Positions 48,143 through 57,284 of a DNA stretch of 64,000 nt are shown here, in pieces. The DNA comes from Pseudomonadota bacterium. GTDB taxonomy: Bacteria; Desulfobacterota; Desulfuromonadia; Geobacterales; Pseudopelobacteraceae. The translations under genes and the position numbers were made by a program. The DNA is taken from the NCBI GenBank assembly GCA_019352135.1, contig JABBNX010000003.1:3149-67148 (forward strand), written 5' to 3'. Each line of letters opens with the position of its first letter. Positions within the stretch are counted from its first letter, which is position 1. Below the pieces are notes generated by a model. That model was not told where the DNA came from, did no database searches, and worked only from the letters and a program-made list of their open reading frames with translations.

Positions 48143-49195
48143 ATGAAAAAAACAGCTGCTGAGAGAATTGATCGTGCTGCGGCTCTTGATCTTTTTATGA
48201 ACGAGGATCTACTGTCTCTCGGGAAAAGCGCCGACCAAATCAGGCGGAAACTTCATCCTGACAACATTGTTACGTTTGTAGTTGATCGCAATGTAAACTA
48301 TACTAATATTTGTGACTCGAAATGTTCATTTTGTGCTTTTTACCGAACGAAAGATGCTGAAGATGCATATATTCTGCCCCGTGAGCAGATTTACGAAAAG
48401 ATAGCCGAACTTGTGGCTCAGGGAGGGACTCAGCTGCTGATGCAGGGCGGGCTTAACCCTGACCTGAAAATCGGTTATTTTGAAGAACTCTTCAGAGAAA
48501 TAAAGAAGCGCTTTCCGGCAGTACAGAACCACTCCCTCTCTCCGGCGGAAGTGACATGTATTGCAGCCAATTCGTCACTGACACTCGATGAAACGCTGGT
48601 ACGTCTCAAGAATGCCGGTCTCGACTCGATTCCGGGAGGCGGGGCGGAGATCCTGGTTGACGAGGTGCGCAACAAAATATCTCCCAAAAAAATCGGCTGG
48701 AAACAGTGGGGCGAGGTAATGCTTAAAGCGGCCCGCCTTGGTATGCCGACAACGGCCACGATGATGTTTGGGAGCAGTGAAAACCCGGAAGACATTGTCG
48801 AACATCTGTTCCGGATACGCGAAATTCAGGACCAGGGAGGCTCTTTTACGGCATTTATTCCCTGGACCTACCAACCCGGTAATACGGAACTCGGGGGGAT
48901 TACAGCTACCGGTGTCGATTATTTGAAGGTACTTGCGTTATCGCGGATCGTATTGGATAATATTCCCAATATTCAAGCCAGTTGGGTTACTCAAGGAGCA
49001 AAAATGGCCTCAGTGTCTCTCTTCTTCGGTGGTAACGATCTGGGCGGCACAATGCTGGAAGAGAATGTCGTTGCAGCGGCAGGCTGCAGTTTCTGCATGT
49101 CACAAGAAGAAATGATCACTCTGATACACGGTGCCGGATTTCGGGCGGCGCAGCGTACCACGACATATTCAATTATTAGGGAGTTTCCGGTTTGA
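48143..49195 (+). CDS. Radical SAM enzyme of the MqnC/MqnE/CofH family (futalosine-type menaquinone biosynthesis-like)
   Basis: DRNVNYTNICDSKCSFCAFYR triad context and ..GGTQLLMQGGLNP.. . The length and sequence resemble dehypoxanthinyl-futalosine cyclase/aminofutalosine synthase. I cannot assign the subfamily by eye. Confidence 0.7.
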   Translation: MKKTAAERIDRAAALDLFMNEDLLSLGKSADQIRRKLHPDNIVTFVVDRNVNYTNICDSKCSFCAFYRTKDAEDAYILPREQIYEKIAELVAQGGTQLLMQGGLNPDLKIGYFEELFREIKKRFPAVQNHSLSPAEVTCIAANSSLTLDETLVRLKNAGLDSIPGGGAEILVDEVRNKISPKKIGWKQWGEVMLKAARLGMPTTATMMFGSSENPEDIVEHLFRIREIQDQGGSFTAFIPWTYQPGNTELGGITATGVDYLKVLALSRIVLDNIPNIQASWVTQGAKMASVSLFFGGNDLGGTMLEENVVAAAGCSFCMSQEEMITLIHGAGFRAAQRTTTYSIIREFPV

Positions 49196-50340
49196 GTTCT
49201 TTCCATAGGCAGGCTGGAACCTGCGAAATAATTACCACCACGGCGCGCTTAGACGAAGTTGCTACTATACTCTCGCAGCAGACAGAAATTGCTGTTGATC
49301 TGGAGATGGATTCTCTCCATCACTATCGGGAAAAGGTCTGTCTTGCCCAGGTATCAACCCGTCACCAGAGCTGGTTGATAGACCCGCTTGCGTTGCCAAC
49401 CCTTTCTCCGCTGGCAGCTCCGCTTGCGAATCCGGATATTGTCGTTGTTATGCATGGGGCTGATTATGACATCCGTTCATTACATAGAGATTTTGGCATC
49501 GAGGTTTCGAATCTGTTTGATACCATGATTTCCGCACGATTTCTGAATATTGCGGAGTTTGGTCTGGCGGCACTTCTGAAGATGCGTTTCGGAATTGAAT
49601 TGGATAAAAAATATCAGAAGGCTGATTGGAGCAAACGCCCCTTAAGTCGTGAGATGTGTGCATATGCAGTTGCTGACACATCGGATCTGCTCCCCTTATA
49701 TGATCAATTTCGGGTAGAGTTGGAACAAAAGGGCCGTTTGACATGGCTTGAAGAAGAATGCCGACTGATCTGTCAGGCGCGGGTAACTGAAAAAGGTGGT
49801 CCGTTATTTCTGTATTGCAAAGGTGCCAGCAAGTTAAGAGGGCATAGTCTGGCAATTCTGGAAGAATTGCTGCAGCTTCGGGATCGTCAGTCAGAACTCC
49901 TGGATCGCCCACCATTCAAAGTCTTGTCAGCAGATACCCTGATTGAAATAGCGGAGAGCAAACCTCGTTCGCTCCATGAGCTGTCACTTGTCAAGGGTAT
50001 GACATCGGGCCAGCTTCAGCGCCATGGCGCTGGAATATTGGCTGCAGTTGAACATGGATTGACAACTCCTGAAAGCAGACTCCCCAGTTTCCCGCGCAAC
50101 GGGAAAAAAGAGGTACAGGAACGGGTCAAGGAACGCTTGAAAAACCTTAAAACATGGCGGGAAAAATACAGTCTCGATCTGGGGCTTGATCCCGGTGTTA
50201 TGGCCCCCAACTGGTTGTTGGAAGCGGTTGCCGATACTCAGAATGGGGTAAAGGAAGAGCTCGACGGCATACCCGGCATGAGGGATTGGCAAAAGGGGCT
50301 CTTCAGTAAAGAGCTGATGCGCATACTTGCAATGGCCTAA
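49192..50340 (+). CDS. rnd: Ribonuclease D (DEDDy 3'-5' exonuclease plus HRDC domain)
   Basis: IAVDLEMDS, VVVMHGADYDIRSL, YAVADTSDLLPLY exonuclease motifs, followed by an HRDC-like segment (..LRDRQSELLDRPPFKVLSADTLIEIA..). Confidence 0.8.
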   Translation: MSSFHRQAGTCEIITTTARLDEVATILSQQTEIAVDLEMDSLHHYREKVCLAQVSTRHQSWLIDPLALPTLSPLAAPLANPDIVVVMHGADYDIRSLHRDFGIEVSNLFDTMISARFLNIAEFGLAALLKMRFGIELDKKYQKADWSKRPLSREMCAYAVADTSDLLPLYDQFRVELEQKGRLTWLEEECRLICQARVTEKGGPLFLYCKGASKLRGHSLAILEELLQLRDRQSELLDRPPFKVLSADTLIEIAESKPRSLHELSLVKGMTSGQLQRHGAGILAAVEHGLTTPESRLPSFPRNGKKEVQERVKERLKNLKTWREKYSLDLGLDPGVMAPNWLLEAVADTQNGVKEELDGIPGMRDWQKGLFSKELMRILAMA

Positions 50341-50344
50341 GCAG

Positions 50345-50899
50345 ATGAGACGCGCTCCTGACATTGGTTCGGATGCACCGCTGCTGTATCGGAAAAACCG
50401 TATTCAGGCAGGTTTTACACTGATCGAGATTATGGTGGTATTGGCCATTATCAGTATGGTGATGCTGCTTGTCATCCCGCGTCTCCCCTCGTCGGACCAG
50501 GAAAATCTGAAGACGTCCGCCCTGACTTTTGCCTCGACTCTTCGCTATATCCAGGAGAGGGCGGCAACGTCTCAAACCGGCTATTATATTACTCTCGAAC
50601 CGGGAACAGATTCAGTAAAGATTTATGAGATCGGTGCGGACGGGAGCGGTAAAGAGCCTTCTGATCCTTTCTTGCAGAAATCGCCGGTTAAAGAGGGAAT
50701 AATAGTCGCAGACGTGAGTATACCGCGGTTGGGGAAAGTCAGTGATGGTCAGGTGCGACTCGATGTTGGTCCCGCAGGTGTGCGTGATTTTATCATCATT
50801 CATCTTCGTTCTGCTGCGGGAAAGTTCTGGACTGTTATGGCTTTTCCCTCGGGTGGCAAGGTAAAGGAGTACGAGGGAAATTTAGAGGCTCCGCCATGA
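50345..50899 (+). CDS. Type II secretion minor pseudopilin, GspH-like
   Basis: Prepilin cleavage/methylation motif QAG|FTLIEIMVVLAIISMV. Size and position are GspH-like. Confidence 0.7.
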   Translation: MRRAPDIGSDAPLLYRKNRIQAGFTLIEIMVVLAIISMVMLLVIPRLPSSDQENLKTSALTFASTLRYIQERAATSQTGYYITLEPGTDSVKIYEIGADGSGKEPSDPFLQKSPVKEGIIVADVSIPRLGKVSDGQVRLDVGPAGVRDFIIIHLRSAAGKFWTVMAFPSGGKVKEYEGNLEAPP

Positions 50900-51228
50900 G
50901 AGGATTTACGCTTCTTGAAGTAATGGTGTCCCTAGCGATCATGGCGAGCGTAATTCTGACCCTGCTGGCATCAGTTAATTACCACCTCGGAATCATTGCC
51001 AATGAACGCGATAGAACCACGCTGACGCTGCTGGCCCGTTATCGGATAGACGAGTTGGCACAGGCGCCTGCCAAAGGCGAAGGAACGTTTGCTCCTTCCC
51101 ATCCGGAATTAAGCTGGAAAGCGGATATACAGCCTTCAGATCTGCCCGGCCTGCAGAAACTTGTTGTCACGGTGCGGCGTGGCAGTGATGGCAAGGAGGT
51201 GTCGCTTGTCAGCTTTTTCGCGAAATAG
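50896..51228 (+). CDS. Type II secretion minor pseudopilin, GspI-like
   Basis: MRG|FTLLEVMVSLAIMASV, 110 aa. ATGA overlap with the preceding gene. Confidence 0.7.
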   Translation: MRGFTLLEVMVSLAIMASVILTLLASVNYHLGIIANERDRTTLTLLARYRIDELAQAPAKGEGTFAPSHPELSWKADIQPSDLPGLQKLVVTVRRGSDGKEVSLVSFFAK

Positions 51229-51823
51229 CGGTTTCACCCTCCTAGAAGTACTGATTGCGGTAGTTTTGCTTGGCATTCTCACCGCAGCGCTTTATGGCAG
51301 CTACTTTACCGTCATACGGGCGAGGGATCGCGCTTCAAGCGGGATGGAATCTCGACGGGAGCTGGGAGCTACCCTTGATTTAATCCGCCGCGAAATATCG
51401 TCTGCCGAGTTTAACCGCAACGATAAGCGTCTCCGGTTTGTGGTGGAAGACCGTGACAATTTTGGAGTCCAGTCATCGACCCTGGAGTTGACGACACTGG
51501 CACCGCCTGATGGACAGGGCCGCAGCGAGTCAGGTATCGTGACCGTCAGGTACCAGATTGACGAGAAGGATAAAAAAAGCATCCTGTCACGCCAGGAAAA
51601 GGATCTTTTTTCCGAAGAGACTACGATTCCAGCCTACCCGCAGATGGAGCATATCAGCTCCTTTCTGGTGGAGTGTTATGACGGGTCCAAGTGGGTTAAA
51701 ACCTGGGATACCGCCATAAACAATAAGTTGCCTGCGAGTGTGCGGGTGACCGTGCAGATTGAGGAGGAAGGGAAACCGGTACCATTTGCGATGCTCTCTG
51801 TTCCGCGGGTGAGCGGCCTATGA
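51206..51823 (+). CDS. Type II secretion minor pseudopilin, GspJ-like
   Basis: ..SRNSG|FTLLEVLIAVVLLGIL. Start proposed at TTG 51206, 6 nt after AAGGAGG (51193-51199). The listed ATG 51161 / 51188 starts overlap gspI more deeply. Confidence 0.65.
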   Translation: MSAFSRNSGFTLLEVLIAVVLLGILTAALYGSYFTVIRARDRASSGMESRRELGATLDLIRREISSAEFNRNDKRLRFVVEDRDNFGVQSSTLELTTLAPPDGQGRSESGIVTVRYQIDEKDKKSILSRQEKDLFSEETTIPAYPQMEHISSFLVECYDGSKWVKTWDTAINNKLPASVRVTVQIEEEGKPVPFAMLSVPRVSGL

Positions 51824-52752
51824 TGGGACGGCTGAAAAACGAATCCGGCTTTGCGCTGATTTTAACATTGGTTATAACGGCGTTGATGGTTGCTATAGTT
51901 GTCGAGATGATCCATCAGGTGTATGTGGATACTTCAATCAGCCGCGGATTTCGTGATGGACAGCAGGCTTCGATACTTGCGGCATCAGGTGTGACGGGGG
52001 CCGCGAAACTTTTGCAGATTGGCCTCACCGGCCGTACCTATACATCGCTGTCCGACAGCTGGGCAGCGCCGATCAAACTCGATGACGATGCCGGTTCGCT
52101 GGAAATTACAATCAGCGATGAAAGTGGTAAAATCAACATTAATGGTTTGGTTCAACAGAATGGAGAATATGAACCATTCACACTGAGTGTGTTGAAGCGA
52201 CTCGGCACGCGACTGCAACTGCCGGAAGAAATCTGGAGTTCAGTAGCGGACTGGATTGACACGGATGATCTTCCCCGTTCCGGTGGTGCTGAAACACCCT
52301 ATTACCGTACGTTGAAACCGGCGTATAGCGCCCGCAACAGTGCGCTGATGACGCTGACGGAACTGTCGCTGGTCAAGGGGATTACACCCGACATAGTTGG
52401 TCAGCTGCGGCCGTACCTGACGATATTTTCAAATCAGGCCGGCTCGCCGTTAGCATTAGTCAATATAAATACAGCACCGAAAGAGGTCCTGGAGGCGCTG
52501 GACGATCGTATTGATGACCGGATGGCAGAGCGAATCATGGAAGAACGGCGTTTGCAGCCGTTCAAATCGACGGGGGAACTTGCGCGGGTACCCGGGATGG
52601 AAACGATTATCGGGAATCTACTCGCCCATATCACCGTCAAAGGTGATATTTTTAAAATTACCGCCGTGGCCAGGGTGAAGGATACCGCCCGGACGGTTGA
52701 GGCTGTTGCGCGCTTGTCAGGCGGCACGTTTTTGTCCTGGCAGGAATACTGA
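51820..52752 (+). CDS. Type II secretion minor pseudopilin, GspK-like
   Basis: 310 aa. NESGFALILTLVITALMV (no Glu5, as in GspK) and helix-hairpin-helix-like VNINTAPKEVLEAL. Confidence 0.7.
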   Translation: MMGRLKNESGFALILTLVITALMVAIVVEMIHQVYVDTSISRGFRDGQQASILAASGVTGAAKLLQIGLTGRTYTSLSDSWAAPIKLDDDAGSLEITISDESGKININGLVQQNGEYEPFTLSVLKRLGTRLQLPEEIWSSVADWIDTDDLPRSGGAETPYYRTLKPAYSARNSALMTLTELSLVKGITPDIVGQLRPYLTIFSNQAGSPLALVNINTAPKEVLEALDDRIDDRMAERIMEERRLQPFKSTGELARVPGMETIIGNLLAHITVKGDIFKITAVARVKDTARTVEAVARLSGGTFLSWQEY

Positions 52753-52791
52753 GAACAGAACACATTACAGCAGGTGAGGGTACAGCGTACC

Positions 52792-54102
52792 ATGGACTAT
52801 CTGATACTGCAGACTGAAGAGAAGCGGCTGACCGTTGCCCATTTCGAGGTGTCGCGCCGCTCCACAGAACTGATTGGAGCCGCATCAATCGATCTGGATG
52901 AAGAGCATCTGCTGGCTGATGCCGTGTGGAATGTCGCTCAAAAAATGAGCGGTTCCCCGCGAGTGGTGCTCTGTCTTCCACCGTCACTGTTTGCGCACCG
53001 TACCGTATCGCTTCAGTTAAACGACCTCCGTAAGGTGCGCGAGGTTATTCCGGCGCTTTTACAGGGTGACGTTGCGCTGCCGGTCGAAGAACTTACGCTG
53101 GATGTACTTCCGGCCGGTGAACATCAGTTTCTCGCCTTATGGGCGCGCAAGAGCGACATCAGTGCGGCAATAGCACAGTTCGCGGAAGCCGGCATCGAGC
53201 CTCATGTTGTCAGTTCGCTCCCTTTTGCGCTGCCGAAACTCCCGGGAGTACCCCCGGACTGTGCCGTATGCGACGGAAAAACGCTGGCGCTGCTGAAGGG
53301 TGGACAGCTGACCTATTTCCGGGCGTTTGATTCCGCTTTGAGCGCTCAAATGATAACGGCGACGCTGTCGGCACTGGAACTTTCCGGTGAGGCGCTGCCA
53401 CCGCGACTCTGTCTGGTTGGAGCAGGGAAAGAACTTGCCGATGCCACTACCCTGCCGTTACCGGTTGAGGTGCTGGAAGTACCGCCGGAGCTGGGGCCGC
53501 TGTTCAAAAATGATGAAACGTTTCACCAGCTGGCAGAGTTTTACGCCGTGGCACACGCCAGCTATGCCGGAACACTCCCCAATTTCCGGCAGGGTGAGCT
53601 GGCCTGGACCGCCGGAGATGCCAAGCTGCGCAAGAAGCTGATGTTGACCGGAATACTCGCGCTGGTCATCATTATGTTGCTGTTTATAAACAAAGGGATG
53701 CAGTATCGTGCCGCAGCAACGGATATATCTTCTCTGAACAAATCTATTGCAGAGATTTACCACGGGATTTTTCCAACCCGGGCCAAAGCGGTTGATGAAA
53801 TTTCAGAAATCAAAGGTGAAATCAGGAAGCTCGTCGGAATTGATACCACGAGTGGATATCTGGATGTATTGAAAAAACTGGCAGAGGCAAAAGGAAATAC
53901 CATCAATGGACTGTATGAAGCCGAGTTGGAGGGGAACGAACTGCGGATAAAAGGCGATGCCCGTTCCGCTCAGGCGGTCAATGAATTCAAGTCTGCACTT
54001 GCACCGCTGCTGACGACATCAGAATTAGGTGAAATCAAGAGTCGCCCGGATGGCACGTTTACGTTTAGATTAACGGGAACACTCAAGGAGGGGGCGAAAT
54101 GA
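52792..54102 (+). CDS. GspL/PilM-like assembly-platform protein
   Basis: Cytoplasmic domain of about 290 aa, a single TM (LTGILALVIIMLLFI), then a periplasmic domain. The call rests on topology and on its position after gspK. Confidence 0.5.
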   Translation: MDYLILQTEEKRLTVAHFEVSRRSTELIGAASIDLDEEHLLADAVWNVAQKMSGSPRVVLCLPPSLFAHRTVSLQLNDLRKVREVIPALLQGDVALPVEELTLDVLPAGEHQFLALWARKSDISAAIAQFAEAGIEPHVVSSLPFALPKLPGVPPDCAVCDGKTLALLKGGQLTYFRAFDSALSAQMITATLSALELSGEALPPRLCLVGAGKELADATTLPLPVEVLEVPPELGPLFKNDETFHQLAEFYAVAHASYAGTLPNFRQGELAWTAGDAKLRKKLMLTGILALVIIMLLFINKGMQYRAAATDISSLNKSIAEIYHGIFPTRAKAVDEISEIKGEIRKLVGIDTTSGYLDVLKKLAEAKGNTINGLYEAELEGNELRIKGDARSAQAVNEFKSALAPLLTTSELGEIKSRPDGTFTFRLTGTLKEGAK

Positions 54103-54647
54103 GACCTCTGGAGATTATTCGAGAATGGTGGCAGGATCTTGATGCCCGGACACGCCTCTGGATCGGGTATGCTTTGATTGCGGTGCTGGTTGCAGCTGTC
54201 GGGTGGTCGGCACTCAACAGTAAAGTGAGCGCGCTTGAAAAAAAACGTGACGCCCGCGAAGCCGTGCTGAAAGAACTGATTCCGCTCAAAGTGGCATATT
54301 TTTCAGCCCGGCAGTCATCAGACCAGCTTAAAGGCCGCATGGCTTCTCTCCGCCCGGATGACTCACCGGCTAAAATAATTGAAGATACCGGGATCAAGGG
54401 GAAATCTGTTAAAATAGTGCCGCTTAAAAGTGAAGAACGGAACGGTTTTATAGCGGATACGGCTGATATTCGCATTGAAGGATTGACGCTCAACGAAGCG
54501 GTTAATCTGCTCTATCGACTCGAAAAGGGCAGTCGGCCCCTGGTTATTAACAAATGCAATCTGCGGGTCCGTATTGATGATCCATCCCGTTGCGACCTGT
54601 CACTCATTATGGCGCTGCTTAAGCCGGCACCCGGTCAGCCGAAGTGA
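54099..54647 (+). CDS. GspM-like protein
   Basis: 182 aa with one N-terminal TM (LWIGYALIAVLVAAVGWSAL). ATGA overlap with the gspL-like gene. Positional call. Confidence 0.5.
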   Translation: MRPLEIIREWWQDLDARTRLWIGYALIAVLVAAVGWSALNSKVSALEKKRDAREAVLKELIPLKVAYFSARQSSDQLKGRMASLRPDDSPAKIIEDTGIKGKSVKIVPLKSEERNGFIADTADIRIEGLTLNEAVNLLYRLEKGSRPLVINKCNLRVRIDDPSRCDLSLIMALLKPAPGQPK

Positions 54648-55486
54648 TGAAAGGTGCGGTGCTGGCACGGCGAATCGCTCTTCTGGCTGCAGGCCTGGTC
54701 CTGTTCATATCCTTCTGTTACCTGTTTTTTCCCACGACGAAGATTGATGCCATGATTGCAGCGGCTCTGTCACGGCAGAGCCTTACGCTTTCACCTCCGG
54801 TTCACAAGATGGTGCTACCGGGGCTGTCATGGGACAACCTGGTATTGTCATCAGGCCAGGGCCCGCTACTAAGCAGTGAACGGACGCGGATCAGAGTGCT
54901 GTTGCTCCCGCTTTTAGCAGGGCGGGCGGTCATCTCCGGAGTGGCCACTATCGGAAAGGGGCATCTTGACCTTACCTATGCCCTGAATGGTGCAGATGCC
55001 TTGGACCTTGATGCAAACGGCATATCACTTGCCGACATACCCTTTTTCAAGAGTGTTCTCGGTGCACAGGTGTCCGGGAATCTCTGGAGCAAGGGGTCAC
55101 TTCAGCGCGGAAAGAAAGGCTTGAGCGGCGATCTGAAACTGGAGGTGAAGCAGCTCGCGTTTTCAGGGGTCAAACTGGGTGCTTTTCCGCTTCCCGATGT
55201 TGCCAATCTTAAAACGCAGGGAATGGTGAGAGTAACTGACGGAATGGCCCGCCTGGAGAGTTTTTCCCTTGAAGGAGACGGCATTTACATGCGGCTTTCC
55301 GGCGCTATCCCCTCAGGTGCCAATGCCGCGCAGACCCCGCTTGACATGCGTCTTGATATTATGCCGAAACCAGAATTTCTTGAAAAGCAGAAGGTGGTTT
55401 TCATGCTGCTGGCCAAGTTTATGACCTCGCCGGGAGTGTATTCGGTGCCAATCAGGGGAACGATGCTGAAGCCGCAAATACTGTAA
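54644..55486 (+). CDS. GspN-like protein
   Basis: 280 aa with an N-terminal TM (IALLAAGLVLFISFCYLFF). Positional call only. Confidence 0.4.
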   Translation: MMKGAVLARRIALLAAGLVLFISFCYLFFPTTKIDAMIAAALSRQSLTLSPPVHKMVLPGLSWDNLVLSSGQGPLLSSERTRIRVLLLPLLAGRAVISGVATIGKGHLDLTYALNGADALDLDANGISLADIPFFKSVLGAQVSGNLWSKGSLQRGKKGLSGDLKLEVKQLAFSGVKLGAFPLPDVANLKTQGMVRVTDGMARLESFSLEGDGIYMRLSGAIPSGANAAQTPLDMRLDIMPKPEFLEKQKVVFMLLAKFMTSPGVYSVPIRGTMLKPQIL

Positions 55487-55509
55487 GTTGTCTGCAATAG
55501 AGGAAGAAA

Positions 55510-56637
55510 ATGGCCGCCAGACTCGGTGAACTGCTGCTGAATGAAAACCTGATTACTCCGGATCAGCTTGATGAGGCGCTTGAAAATCAGGCCATATTCG
55601 GCATAAAACTCGGAAGCAGCCTGATTGAGCTGGGGGTCATAACTGATGCACAGTTATGCCGTTTTCTGAGTGAGAAGCTTGGAGTTCCTGCGGTTTCTCC
55701 CCGTGTTATGTCATCAGTTCCTCCGAAAGTGATCGCTCTGGTTTCGGCTCAATTGGCAGGCAAACACCGGGTGGTGCCGATCAGCATCGATGGGAAAAAA
55801 CTGGCGCTCGCCATGACGGATCCGACCGATTTTGAAGCGATAGATGAAGTGGCCTTTGTTACCGGATGCGTCATACACCCGCATATTGTTCCTGACGTGC
55901 GGATTACCTCGGCTCTTTCGAAATATTATCAGATACGGGGAGATATTCGCTATCTGCGGATCGAAGAGGAGCTTTCAAGCAAACGGCGAACCTCTCACAG
56001 TACTGAGGCGGGCACCAAAGCTGCTAAAATTGACTTTCCGATGATGAATGAAAGCGGGGAACTACGTACTGTTGAAATACCGCTTGAATTCGAAGGGTTT
56101 GCCAACCTTCCGGACGATATTCTTGCAACAGAATTAAATGAAGTGGTACGGTATTCGGTCGATCAACTTTCAATCGAGTTTGCCTCTGCAAAGAACCGTG
56201 ATCAGATTGCATCCGTTTTTATAAAATATCTGGGACAGGAATTCAGTGTTGGAGCTCTGTTTATTATTCGGGGCACCATGGCGGTTGGCTGGCGCGGCGC
56301 CGCTGCTGGAAAACGCCTTGAAGAGCTCGTGAACCTGACTATTCTCCTCAGCAAGCCGTCCGTCATGAGGGATGTACTCGAAACACGGCAATTTTCAATG
56401 GGCACGTTGATTCAGACACCTGAGAACATGCAAATTCTTAAAACCTTGCGGACCTTGTCGATGACACCGCTTTTGGTAGTGCCGATTATCATGCTCAATA
56501 AAGTCGTGGCTGTCGTGGTTGTTTCGGGCGAAATGGAAGCGCTTGGAAAGCGGTTGCCTGAGCTTCAGAGGGTGGTTTACAAGGCGTCGCTGGCGTTTGA
56601 AATGCTGATACTAAAAAACAAGATTTTGATGACATGA
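55510..56637 (+). CDS. Stand-alone T2SSE_N/MshEN-domain protein (no ATPase domain) with a GAF-like C-terminal half
   Basis: Residues 4-56 are RLGELLLNENLITPDQLDEALENQ-AIFGI-KLGSSLIELGVITDAQLCRFLSEK. That is two tandem 24-residue MshEN-type motifs separated by 5 residues. No Walker A/B motif anywhere in the 375 aa. Confidence 0.7.
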   Translation: MAARLGELLLNENLITPDQLDEALENQAIFGIKLGSSLIELGVITDAQLCRFLSEKLGVPAVSPRVMSSVPPKVIALVSAQLAGKHRVVPISIDGKKLALAMTDPTDFEAIDEVAFVTGCVIHPHIVPDVRITSALSKYYQIRGDIRYLRIEEELSSKRRTSHSTEAGTKAAKIDFPMMNESGELRTVEIPLEFEGFANLPDDILATELNEVVRYSVDQLSIEFASAKNRDQIASVFIKYLGQEFSVGALFIIRGTMAVGWRGAAAGKRLEELVNLTILLSKPSVMRDVLETRQFSMGTLIQTPENMQILKTLRTLSMTPLLVVPIIMLNKVVAVVVVSGEMEALGKRLPELQRVVYKASLAFEMLILKNKILMT

Positions 56638-57284
56638 GAATCGGCGTGCTGGGGGGAAGTTTCAATCCGGTTCACAATGCCCATCTGCGCATTGCCGGAG
56701 AGGCCCAGGCTGCATGCCTGCTCGATAGGGTTATTTTTATCCCGGCGGCTGACCCACCGCATAAACTCGTGGCAGGCGATGTTTCATTTGAGAAGCGCTC
56801 CTTAATGGTCAGTATGGCTATTGCCGGGAAGCAAAATTTTGAGATGTCAACGATCGAGGCGGAACGTGGCGGCAAGTCATATTCCATCGACACAATCCGG
56901 ACTTTCCGGGAACGGTGTCCGGACGATGAGCTGTTTTTTATCATCGGTGGTGATTCGTTTCTGGAGTTAAGCACGTGGCATCGCTACACCGAAATATTCA
57001 GCTTGTGTAATTTGATCGTCGTCCAGCGTCCCGGATGTCAGGTTCTCAACCCCCTTGAATCTCTGTCTGCTGCCGTCAGGGGATCATTTACCTTGGACAG
57101 GAAATCCGGTTGCCTGGCACATGAGTCGGGCAACAGGATTTCCTTTATCACCGGCTCGCCGCTGGATATCTCATCAACTGAAATCCGCCGGCTCGCCGCC
57201 GCTGGAAAAGAAATAACTCACTATGTACCACCTGACGTAGCCGCATACATTTCGCATCAAAGGATCTACAACAAATGCCAGTAA
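56634..57284 (+). CDS. nadD: Nicotinate-nucleotide adenylyltransferase
   Basis: IGVLGGSFNPVHNAHL (HxGH-type motif) and ..ISSTEIR.. near the C-terminus. Confidence 0.9.
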   Translation: MRIGVLGGSFNPVHNAHLRIAGEAQAACLLDRVIFIPAADPPHKLVAGDVSFEKRSLMVSMAIAGKQNFEMSTIEAERGGKSYSIDTIRTFRERCPDDELFFIIGGDSFLELSTWHRYTEIFSLCNLIVVQRPGCQVLNPLESLSAAVRGSFTLDRKSGCLAHESGNRISFITGSPLDISSTEIRRLAAAGKEITHYVPPDVAAYISHQRIYNKCQ

